This document shows positions 52,394 through 64,000 of a stretch of 64,000 nt of DNA, piece by piece. Within the stretch, counting starts at the first letter, position 1. Each line of letters begins with the position of its first letter. Source of the DNA: Fimicolochytrium jonesii (lineage: Eukaryota). The stretch is taken from contig NW_026515679.1 of the NCBI RefSeq assembly GCF_025526975.1, positions 372,001 through 436,000 of the forward strand. Reading direction: 5' to 3'. The translations under genes and the position numbers were made by a program. A model generated the notes under the pieces. It was not told the DNA's origin. It did not search any database and was given only the letters and a program-made list of their open reading frames with translations.

Positions 52394-52737
52394 ACGCCAC
52401 TTGCTGCACCATGCTGCATGAACACCACAACTCCTCGAGCCGAAGTCCGTCATGCTTGCAATGCGGTCTTAGGGTAGTCATTTCAAGGAGCACGTCCGAC
52501 CCCGTCTCCTTCATTACCTGTTTCAAGGCAGTTCGGCCTTGGTCCTTGCATGCCATTTTATTGTAAATACATGAATTGGAATCACTGAGAATTCGACAGC
52601 ATATCATCATTGCCTGTATTGCCTGTATTTGACCCACACTGCAGCGACCGTCGTCCGAGAAACGATGTCCAGTTTCGCACGGCCGTCAAGATGTCCGAAT
52701 CAATGTATGTACATGTGCTTCTTTCCATCGCCTTGAT

Positions 52738-53452
52738 TCATCTGAGCTTACTCAAAGCGGCAGCGCTACGGGATTCAGAGAACATGCCCATGAGCACAGC
52801 GCGTATATGACAGAAACACGTTTGGCCCCATTTCACTTACGCCTCTTCAACAAATGTCTCCTGCCGGATGAGGTCCTGCTCGATCCCGCTAGGCCTTGCG
52901 TTCGCTTTGTCGTATGCACCAATGTTCTTCATGGCTGCCAAATGAATTCCAAAGCGTCAGGGAACTCAACGGAAGACAGCATCCGCTCGAAAGGAGCCCA
53001 CCTTGGTCATATTGCTGCTTTGTGATAGCTCCCCTGCTCGTAACGTCGAAGATGCGAAACAAGGCCACCAGATTCTCGCGAGTGAAGAGAACTAACGACT
53101 GGCCTCGCGCCTAAGACAGGTGTACCGTTAGCCTCTTCTTATGTCTATGTCCCATGGACGGATTGACCCTTACCCTCGCATTCCGCATTTCCTCCAATTT
53201 CCGGACCATGAACTCTTTTGGGTCATCTTAAATCAATCAGAAGCGGAAAAGGCTTCGGTCAGCAGTTATAATAGCATGTGGCTCAAAGCAGGCTCGCCAC
53301 AGCCGCGATCTAATCGTACCTGGCCGCTCATACAAGCAAGCACACACCAGCTGCTGCACGATCTGGTGCACCTTGTTCTTGCTGAGGTACTCTGCAGCTT
53401 CCTGCGCTTGCAGAGACGATATAGCGGTTGGGTCGGTCGTGTGTGCGGGCAT
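52738..53452 (-). CDS. EFCAB10-like protein (RIIa/Dpy-30-like docking helix pair plus EF-hand), 5 exons
   Basis: Spliced: EAAEYLSKNKVHQIVQQLVCACLYERP|DDPKEFMVRKLEEMRNAR|ARGQSLVLFTRENLVALFRIFDVTSRGAITKQQYDQ|AMKNIG...DLIRQETFVEE|AAAALSKLR*. Confidence 0.78.
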
Positions 53453-53909
53453 GATTAGGTCCCTAGTTTGATCCTATTCTGTGCAGATGTTTTTTCGGTC
53501 GGGACAGTTTCGGCCGCCAAAAGACAAGCTGGGCGGGATTTCCGTTTCTTTGGCGAGGACGCGCTGTCGAAATTGCCGCTGCCCAATCGCCGAAATTCTC
53601 AAACCTGCTGTCTACTTCGAAGAGGACGTCCTTCTCTTCTCAAAAGGTTCCTGGAGGGAAGCAGCCAGTTCCGGACTCTCAATCTCTCTGCAAGGAGTAA
53701 AGCAGGTGCGTACTTATGGTCGACTGCCCTTCGGAAGACCTCCCAATATCATATTGATACCGTGACCGTTTCGGATAGCTGTCAATCGTATGAAACCTTA
53801 GAGAAACGTTGGAGAAGCGTATACTACAACGGCGCCCAGACCGCCGAGAAGATTGCCATCCCATATTTTCTCGTCGTCGTCCAAGTTTCCTCAATCGGGT
53901 TTCGACAGT

Positions 53910-55070
53910 ATGCTCGTACCAGTTGTCTCGGCAGCTTTGATCGGAGCAGCGGTCACTTACGTCGCTCTCAGGCCGCGCCAAGTCAAGCATGCAGTTACAG
54001 TGCTACTCAGCCTGCCAAAACGTGTCTTCAATGCCCTTCTACGTCAATGGGAGCATGTGAAGGGTTGTCAGCAGCAGACTCACAATATTAACCCCGAGCT
54101 ACGAGTTCGCGAAATTAACGTCTCGGATGAGGAGCTCGACGAAGACCGTGGCCAACGAGCAGTGACGGAGACCGTACGTCAAGAAAACCTCGAGACGGCC
54201 AGTCATCAAGATGAGGACATTGGCATTCGCAAGCCAGTGTCTCAGCACGAGGATGTACCCAGTGTTGACGTCAAAGAACCCAGCCAGGACATTGCCATCC
54301 TCCAGGCATTGTCCCAAAACGAGAAAATACTCACTGTCGGCGAAGAAGCTGAGGACATCGCCGCGAAGTTAACGCAAGCGGAAGACATAAAGGGTGCTGC
54401 TCAATCTCTCGGAAAGACATCCCTCGAGGAAGAGGTAGTCGTACCACTTCCAAAAGAGCTGTTGCCCAACTGCGAAGATTACTTTGAAGAAGAGATAGAG
54501 GATGAGGATGAGGATGTGCTTGAATGCAGCGCATGCGGAGAAAAGCAGGCCCGAAACATGTACTCCCGCCGCCAACTGGGCTTGAAGTACAAACGCAAGT
54601 GCATGCCGTGCATCAAGAGCTACGAGCTCTCTCGATCGTCCGAGGAGAAGTCAGTATATAACGAGATCAACGGTTACGTGGGCGAAGCTGCAATAGCCAT
54701 TGAAGTCTCGGCAGCGAGTCCTTACTCTGTCAAAGAAGCAGCGCTCCCACTTTACAAAACTTGGAGAGACATCAAAGACCCAGAAGTGCGCCGGCCGAAA
54801 GTCAAGGAGGAACAACGAGTTGCGCAGTACTACCAGCGATATGTTGTAGAACCCAGCAAACATGCGCAAGAGAGCGGAGGAGGCCCTGGATGGGGAGACG
54901 ACGCAAAAGGAAGTTTCGAGACCGCTGAAGAAGCTGGAAGTGACGACGGGAAATGGGCAAACCCGCAATGGTTTCTGGATCCTTCGGAGGCTCCGCCTCC
55001 AATCCCGGATTGGGAGGATGTGAAGGAGAATTATCAATTCGCGCGAGCGGCTGAGCCGGAGACAAAGTAA
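53910..55070 (+). CDS. Uncharacterised protein: N-terminal hydrophobic anchor, acidic region, Stc1-like C4 zinc finger
   Basis: Long ORF; MLVPVVSAALIGAAVTYVAL anchor; CSACGEKQARNMYSRRQL....RKCMPC. A possible in-frame upstream exon (53487-53705) is unresolved. Confidence 0.65.
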   Translation: MLVPVVSAALIGAAVTYVALRPRQVKHAVTVLLSLPKRVFNALLRQWEHVKGCQQQTHNINPELRVREINVSDEELDEDRGQRAVTETVRQENLETASHQDEDIGIRKPVSQHEDVPSVDVKEPSQDIAILQALSQNEKILTVGEEAEDIAAKLTQAEDIKGAAQSLGKTSLEEEVVVPLPKELLPNCEDYFEEEIEDEDEDVLECSACGEKQARNMYSRRQLGLKYKRKCMPCIKSYELSRSSEEKSVYNEINGYVGEAAIAIEVSAASPYSVKEAALPLYKTWRDIKDPEVRRPKVKEEQRVAQYYQRYVVEPSKHAQESGGGPGWGDDAKGSFETAEEAGSDDGKWANPQWFLDPSEAPPPIPDWEDVKENYQFARAAEPETK

Positions 55071-55832
55071 TGTGGGAACAGCCATAGCATTCAGGCGTAC
55101 GACTTCAATTGAATGTGAGGGAGAGCGGCGTAGTATTCGAAGGCTAGTATATGTACGTCTGTTATAAGTAGTTCGGAGTCCAAATGAATAGGAAGTCGAA
55201 AACTAAAATGTTGGACCCATGCTTATTGACACGGACGCAGTCACCGCGCGAGCAGGAGCGGTTGACCAGCAGGGTACATTAGCGATCCTTCCAGACACCT
55301 TCATACGTCTTCTCAACATCACCGCATCGCTTGTCCATCCCATGCCGCACACCATTCGCCTACCAGCTTTCCCAAACATGTGCTCTGAACGAGCCCGGTA
55401 CATCTTGGGGACTACCTCGTGTAATGGGTCCATTCCAATTACGACACAAGGCTAGTTTCGTGACTCCGTGCGTTGGTCAAGTGGGGACATATACGCAATA
55501 TGGCAGATATGCAGTCGGTGGGAGAGGGGAACATGCGTTGTACTGTAGCTCTCCCGTAAGCAAGCGTAGCGGAGTTGACGAACGCGTGGAATCCAAAATC
55601 CGCGGCAGACTGGGTGAGGTCAGTTTTGGCACCCCTCAGAATTCACGTTCGGCAAACAAAACTCTGCCGCTGAGAGAATCTTCAGAGCGAGCAAGCAGTG
55701 CTGCTGAGTGCCTTTTAACTACGTGGGACGTATACCCACAGGTGCGTGCAAGTCGTTCTCGTGGAAACGGATATCGTTTTCCTTTGCAGCAAGCGTGCGA
55801 ACGAACAACACCCGCCGTACTTTACAATCTGA

Positions 55833-56448
55833 ATGAACGTCGCCAAACGTACGTAGCATCCGTGAGTCTGGACCTCTTCTCAACCCCGCCTTCCCCTCGC
55901 AGAACTCTTAGCAAGCCGAACTCTGCGCAACATCGCCCCGAAGCAGGTACGTCTTTGGCTTTTCTCGGGTAACCCCACCCTTCTAAACGATCGCGTTTTG
56001 TCCGAAAGCCTCAAACAATGCCAATTGCATCTTGTCTTAGGAAGTAACTCAAGCCTTAGAAACAATTGCGGCTACAATGGATCTCAGCGACACTGAAGCG
56101 CCCCGCCTTCGCAATATCCCACGCGTCACGTCGTCACGCCGTTGCTCGCCAGCATTGCGTCAGACACTACCGGACAACGCCCCACGAACGCTCAAGAAAC
56201 GCTGGCTGCGAATGGTCAAACAAAGCCATCGCACGAAAAACAACAAAACCGACTTGAGCCGAAAACCTCTACGCCTGAAAAATGGCGGAATCTTGATGGG
56301 AAAGCGGCGAACTTTGAAGATCCACTTTAGAACGTCTGCGCGGTCAGATGGCCCGCAGTGTTCTCTAGGTTCTTCCTCGTTCAGGTCTTCTCGTCAAGAT
56401 GCTTTGTTCAGAGAGACCATGTCTGCTTTTGCGGCATTGACGGTCTGA
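55833..56448 (+). CDS. Basic orphan protein, 155 aa, 3 exons (55833-55848, 55903-55946, 56041-56448)
   Basis: Two GTACGT..YAG introns join MNVAKQLLASRTLRNIAPKQ|EVTQALETIAATMDLSD... in frame with ORF 56077-56448. A further intron-like segment lies at 55742-55790 in the putative 5'UTR. Confidence 0.55.
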
Positions 56449-56922
56449 GGTTCCTGGTAGAAACCTATCGCAAATTTTTGCGGCTCTGTTCGAGCGTCTT
56501 GACTTGAGAGACATGAACTTCGCCAGGCTTTAGATATTGGTTCGCCATCTTTTCGTCGGCTACAAGATCGGTTTACATGTGGACGTTCTCCAGTGTTTGC
56601 TTAACACGCGCAGGCGCATAACGGCAACGATATATCGCGTCAAGAACGTTTTTTGGGCAGCTGTGTTCGACAGCTCATTGCAGTGATTATATACCGAAGG
56701 AAAGCTTCGTTTGTAAATCTTCGAACCTCGAATTACACACGAGTGTTTATGTACAACAAATTTACCGACCGTCAATTCTCTATGTATTTCCAATTCTCAA
56801 TAAAACGATTGTATCCCCACTGAAAAATGTCTGGCCAGTCCTCGCCATCCTACTACCAAATAGATGCGTTTCGTCGCTACAGCCTTTGTTTTGTCCAAAC
56901 TCTCTTAATGTCCGCGGAGTCT

Positions 56923-58647
56923 TCAATCATCATTGGGGACGGCTGGACATCCTAGCATAGCGCCTTCGGCGGCATCCAGTCCCAACTCTTGTGCCGTATT
57001 GTATCGGGTAAGCCAAGGATGTCTGATGACGGCGGGTAGCTGAAGACGTTTCTCTGGGACGTATTGCAGCAGCTATAGCATCGGGTGAGGCATAACTGTG
57101 AGATCAAAGAACTCTTTACGCGCCAGGATTGAAACCCGTGAAGCTCACCTTTCTGATAAAGTCCTCAGCCTCCTTACTCACGTACGCAGGAAACTTCAGA
57201 TCCACCTGGGCGATACGTTTATAGGTCGCTCGATACGACGTGTGGTCCTCGAACGGTGGAACGCCAACGAGAAACTCGTAGCTGAGGACGCCGAGAGACC
57301 ACAAATCGACGGCGGAGGTGTGTTCGCGGCCTTCGACCATCTCCGGGGGAAGGTAGTCGAGAGTTCCACAGAGGGTCTGTCGGCGGGCGTTGGGAGCGTG
57401 GACGGACCATCCAAAGTCAGCGATTTTGAGCTGCCCTTTCATGCTCAGAAGCAGGTTTTCTAGAAAGTTCAATCCGAATGTGAGGTGGAATAGAATGATA
57501 AAGGCTCTCAGGCTGGCTTACCTGGCTTGATATCACGGTGGATGACGTTTTTCTTGTGTAAATACCCAAGTGCGCTCGCCATCTGACCAATATACTGTAA
57601 AAAGCAGGCCACGTTCAGACGTTAGATAAGTCTTACGATGAGGCTAATATATTCAAAGATCCCGACCTTTGATGCTCGATTCTCTGGAAATCGGCTGTAT
57701 TTCCTCAACTGTTTGTAGAGCTCTCCCTTTGCCGCATACTCGAGAATCAAGTAAACTCGTTTGGCATCGTAGAAATAGCCAAACAGCCGCAAGATATTGG
57801 GGTGCCTATTGTAAGGCCAAGTCATCAGCTGCGAAAAAACGCAGAAAGCCATACATAATGTGCCGCTCTCGTACCTTAAGTGCGACTGAATCTCAATTTC
57901 ACGTCGTAACTGCTTCTCCACTCTCGCCGTCGCTAACTCATGCTTGAAGAGGATTTTCAGAGCGACCACAAATCCACTCCGCTTCTCACGGGCCAAGTAG
58001 ACGCGTCCAAATTTTCCCTTGCCGAGAGCTCTCCCTACGTCGAAATCGTCAAGGTTCCATTTCTTTCCGTCTGATCCGTTGCTGCTGTGGGTGATGATGC
58101 TAGCATTAGACTTCATATAATCCCACACAGGAAGTAGATTCGGGCGTTAGCGAACCTGGACGATTCACGCTCCGCATGTCCCTGATTTACCACAGCGCCC
58201 GCGCTCGCGTTCTCATTTGGTCTCGCCGCCTTTGGGGATCCATAACCCCCTCCAGTCGATCGATGCATTCCATTATTTCCATTCGCAAGCTGTGACTGTT
58301 GCAGAGGAGCCGGGCGGCTTTGAGCTTCATTGGGATGTCCTGACTTTGGCGACAGCGGAAGTTTCCCTTGTTGAGCGCTCGCCACCTTCTTGAGAGCGGA
58401 TGGCCCGTATTTGTGGAGTGAGCTTTCGGGAAGTGCGCTGCCCGCTGTGGGGGCTTTGGGGACTCCTTTCGCGGCCGTTGGTGCTCCGGAAGCCTGCGTA
58501 CGCAGTGGCTGCTGCAATCACGCACAGCCCGGAGTCAGGAAGGCTATCGAGGAGGACGTGCGGCTGACCACGTTAGCTTACCCTTAACCCTGCATTCTCC
58601 TTTTCCTTGAGTGTGGTGCCGCGCATCTGGGCTTCCAAGTTCCTCAT
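56923..58647 (-). CDS. IPL1: Aurora kinase (Ipl1/Ark1), multi-exon, N-terminal KEN box
   Basis: [72 protein letters not shown]. First exon [22 protein letters not shown]. Confidence 0.95.
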
Positions 58648-59119
58648 AGGTCCGCTTTGCGACGTAATGCAACTTTGTCAGACCCCTGATCAGCTGATAT
58701 ATGAAGCAGGGACTATGTGAAAGTGGGTTATGCTCCAGAACCTTGCAGTAAAATGGGTTTGGAGTTCCAGCCAGTCCACCCTGTGTGCTTCTTGTGTGAG
58801 AAAGTGGTTTTGAGGAGTCTGGATGATGGGTGATCTTGGAGGGGAAGACGAAAGAAAGCGGACGCGCCCAAGCATCATCCGGACATGCCGGTCTGCATGC
58901 CGGTCCTCTGGCTTTCCCAAGGCTTCCAGCGGGACTCATTGGCACTCTTTGGCACAACTATTGAAGACGGCGGTTCCATAGAGGTAGATAACATTTCATT
59001 TTCCATATAGACGCACCCGCAGGTCCTCCCTCGAAGGTCAAGACGCTATCAGATACGGCTCGTCACTTGCTTTCGACGCCGATAGTCAGAGGCAATTTCC
59101 CAGGCACCACCACAGGACA

Positions 59120-60200
<1,081 letters not shown>

Positions 60201-60292
60201 GCATTGGGTCTATATATATATTCAGCACGGTCTGATGGCCAAGATCATTGTGGGGCTACACCGGGAGTGGCATTTTTCTATTATGGGGGCCT

Positions 60293-63200
60293 TTACAAAT
60301 GCGTCCCAAGAGCCCCCCCCACCAATACACTATGACTAGGCCGAACAAACACGAACAAATCATCATTCGCCGCCAACGACCCGCTATTCGCCCCACCCCT
60401 CACACTCAGATTATTCACGAACTGTCCCGTCGGCGGTGCGCCCGCTTTCGACGCAGCATCATCCTGCCTCTCATCCAAGATCGTGGCCTTCAATCTCGGT
60501 AGACACACCTTCCCGCAAACTAGTGCCACGCAATTGTACGTGACGACCATAGAACTCAGCGGTAGAAGCCGGATTTGCGTCTGCTTGTATCCGCTCACGA
60601 CGAAGCCCTCGACGACGTCCATGGTGAGGAGGACGTGGCTGATGCTTATTGAGGTGTTGTAGATTACGTAGGACACGGTGAATGGCGTGGTGTGCAGGAT
60701 GAGCGGGGGTACATCTAGAAAGTATTCGTGTAAATAGGCGGACCAGGAAAGAGCGCTCGCTATTTGACATACCGATGCATATACGTATTGGATCTTGGTC
60801 TATCCGGAGCTCTGGCGCGCTGACAGATGTCGTTACCCATGGCTTATCCCCATCCGCCGACGATTTTCTGCGTGGCAACAGGTCAGAAGTAGAGCCTTCT
60901 ACTGAGAAACGCACCATTGGCTCACCGTCGCCATTGAATCAGGAACTCGCCCCCAGGTATTGGCTGGACCGGCGGGACGGGGTCGATGGTCATCACTACT
61001 CTGTACGAGACGACGCTCGTATGTCCAGGCTTCCACACTAAGATTGCACTGTTCGAGACCGGTGCTGAACGACGAAATACCTGTAATGTTCCAACATACC
61101 TTCTGAGCCTTTCGTGGTAGCGGAGGAGGTGTCAACAGGTTGAAGATCTAGCCGCTGTAGCGATGGATGAGCCGAGACAACCTAACGACAATAAGAACCA
61201 TCAGCGCACGACTCCAATTGTGCAATGGCGAAGATCACACTCACTTCCTCATCAACCGACGGAAAGCGCAACTCCCCAACTTCCAGTTCCCACGGTCCAG
61301 CACTTGATATACTAGCCATAACAATATGCCTTTGCACAGACGCCACGTCCTGATCCATAGGCGTCAACGAGAACAACCCGCCTTCACCCGACTCAAACGG
61401 CGCGCCATACTCTTGCTGCTGGCTAAACTTCGCAGTAAACGGCGCAATGAACGGTAACCTGACCGGCTCGCTCTTCCGGAAGAACAGCGCAGGGTGGGAG
61501 GCTGGTGTGGGCTTCTCCGGTAACGCCGCCGTTGTCGGCGACTTGAACGACGGGAGGGAGCGGTAATTGACGATATTGTACATGACGCGTTCGCCGGGTT
61601 GGTGGGAACAACGGAGCTTGAAGTGCCGTGAGACGCGGGAGGACGCCGGGATGATGCCCAGATAGATGAGGTTGAGAGCATTTGGTCCGTCCAGCGGGTG
61701 CGCTTCGCCTTGCTCGCTTTCGTCACGAACATCCTGCGCGATGTTGCTGGTAGGATCCGTCCCATCGGCGCCTGAGCTCCGGAACTCTACATCGAAGTAG
61801 GCCTCAATGTCCTCCGATTCGTCGTTGACGATTTCCACGATGACGGGGTATATCTCGTCAATGAAACCCGGTGGTGCGTGCTTTAGTTGCACGGAAATGT
61901 TTGGTTGCCGCCTGGTTACCCGCAGAACGGATTGCTCACCCGAGCCGTCTAGCATAATCCATCGGCCTCCATTGGCGACGCTTGCGTCCACCGTGTACCA
62001 TCTCCTTCGTGTCACCGTATCCTCGGCCCGGCTGCCGACCTTATAGTCGAGATTCAGCTGTCCATCCCCGGATTCCAAAGTCACGATAACAGACGTGATC
62101 TTCAGATCCATCCCTTCGCCAGGCGTAATCACACCCTCCAGGACCTTGGTCGTTCCAGGCTGGAAATTCAGAGCCGCCTGCTTCGTCCACACCTCCTCAT
62201 TGTCTAGACCGGTCAGCTGGCAGTCCGTACAGTCTTGCCAAAGTACGGATCCCGTCGCCTGGTGTTCGCTGGCACCGGAGTCTACGATCACATGGTCGAA
62301 GCGTGGGTCGGAGAAGGCGACGCGAATGCGCGCAAAGCGGACGGGGACCGGTGGCGATGTCGACGACGCAGCAATCAGGGATACCTGGAACGCTGCCGGT
62401 GCACCCACGTACGTGCTGTGTTTCCGGAACTGGACAGTGCAGCGAAGGAACGACTCAATCTGATCCATATCAACTGCAACCCTGTTGCTCTTCCCAAGCG
62501 TTTCTCCCTGCTGCAAGACCGAGAACAGCTCTTGAAGGACCGCTTCTCGCTCCGATGCCCCGGCTGGTCCCGGTGTAGAGATCCGGTCGCTCAGAAGCTC
62601 GATAAGACACTCGGCAACGATTTCCCAACGTCCCAGCGTCCGGGCGCACTGTGCTGTGCGCCTCAATACGTCCTTCAGAATGCTAGGCCACTGGTCCTTC
62701 CTGTATGTCTTGCCGATCCGCTCAAAGAACTTTAGAGCCATGTCGTACTTTCCGCTCATTTCATACACCCGAGCGATCTCGGAAGCAAGGAACAGTGTCA
62801 TTCGACCTGCTCGGTGCTTCTTGAACTGCTCATACGACTTTGTGAGCAATTCAATAACAAGGGTTGCAAGATCCACGCCGTGTTGACTATTCGAAGAGTC
62901 TGAAAAGTTGCTTGGGGGAGGTTGAAGCGATGGAGAGAACGGTGAAGTCAACGAGTCAGAAAACGAGCCTGTACGAGTCTGTGACATTCTGCGGACCGGC
63001 GCAGTAGCAGCCGAAGGAGGTGGAGGCGGCGCAGTCAGGGTGGCCGCCTCCGACTTCCCAAATGCATTCCACCGCTCCTCTGCGCAGGCGGCGGCCATGA
63101 AGTAGTAGTATCCAGCATGTTGAACAAGGATCGATGGATTTGTCGCGCTCATTGGGCCGAAATGTATTGGGGTATTGTCGGAGACGGACAGTGAGTTTAG

Positions 63201-64000
63201 GAGAGCGTAGGTTTGCGCAGAGTCCGCGGCGTTGACTGTGAGTGCTCCAGAGGGGGGAAATGGTAGTCGAAGTCCGGATTTGCCAGTTGCAAGCTCAATA
63301 AGCTCTCCAAAGATTCGATATCTGTTGAATTGTGCATCGCAGTGAGCTTCTCATTAGCTTCCTAAGATGGGAAGGAAATACGTACTGAATGGCAGCCCAG
63401 GTCCAAAACTCCAGTGAGCCACCTGCCACCATTGCCCTCAGTCGTGCAGTGCTCGGTGATATGGGCCGTGTACCGAGTGTCGGTGGGCCAATGAACTCCG
63501 GAAAGCTTCTGCAATTTCCAATATGCCGCTCCATCTGCTTCCAAGCCGGGATAGGTCTGTTCGAATATAGCTGCAGCTTGCACATCTGACGGGCATTGGC
63601 CAACGTCAGTCCCATGTCTCATCTAGCGCCACCGAAAGATCCTTCACCTTCAGACTCAGACAGTCGAGCAACGTCCTAGCTTCCGTCCAGCGTGCACTAT
63701 GAGGTTGCAGGAACTCGTTCCCAAACACGAGCCCACCTGATGCCACACTTGCATTCATAAGCTCTATCAGTAGCTGGTATGTTGTGTCATAGTGCCTGTT
63801 ATAATACGTCAATGGTACGCTCAATGATGGAGACCTGCAATGCATGTTTACATACTTCAACGCATTCTCGACATCTTGGCGGAACTCGGCAAATACCCCT
63901 AACTTGAACTCATATCGCAAGTGCCATCCCGCAGGTGGCAGCGGTTTCGACTGCGACCCTTGAGCCACCGGGCTCAGCGATCCAGTGCTGCTAGACGCAA
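60293..64000 (-). CDS. TRAPPC11: TRAPPC11 / Foie gras-Gryzun family protein, 3' part; truncated by window end
   Basis: GWHLRYEFKLGVFAEFRQD, WTEARTL.D....K, EFWTW, QHAGYYYFMAA, IELLTKSYEQFK, YRKDQW, followed by a beta-rich Gryzun-like C-terminus. Confidence 0.85.

Overview
Gene-dense, intron-rich eukaryotic DNA. Introns are short (about 50-110 nt), mostly GT-AG, with CTRAC/CTAAY-type branch points. The proteins look fungal, but the window also carries genes absent from budding yeast (CHFR-like ligase, EFCAB10-like, TRAPPC11, class C GPCR). I infer a zoosporic, early-diverging fungus, probably a chytrid. By manual splicing I can support about 29 protein-coding genes. Most are housekeeping: cullin-1 3' end, YOP1, HPPD, MSS4, COQ3, SLH1/ASCC3, RPL13, PAN2, TBCE, ERG8, RPL20, SWI3/RSC8, DBP5, Aurora kinase, BUD32 and TRAPPC11 3' part. 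No transposon, CRISPR array or rRNA is visible. Most notable items: (1) a spliced gene with two tandem D-Ala-D-Ala-ligase-like ATP-grasp domains, the first intact and the second lacking the catalytic/metal residues; (2) a Venus-flytrap class C GPCR with a C-terminal PH-like domain; (3) a 103-aa secreted twin-CX10C protein absent from the ORF track; (4) an FHA-less CHFR-like ligase with a 9-nt microexon and a 54-bp tandem repeat; (5) GW/WG repeats in Dbp5 close to a Stc1-like zinc-finger protein; (6) two GC-AG introns; (7) a tRNA-Cys-like relic. All gene models and family calls come from reading by eye and motif recall; no database search was run.
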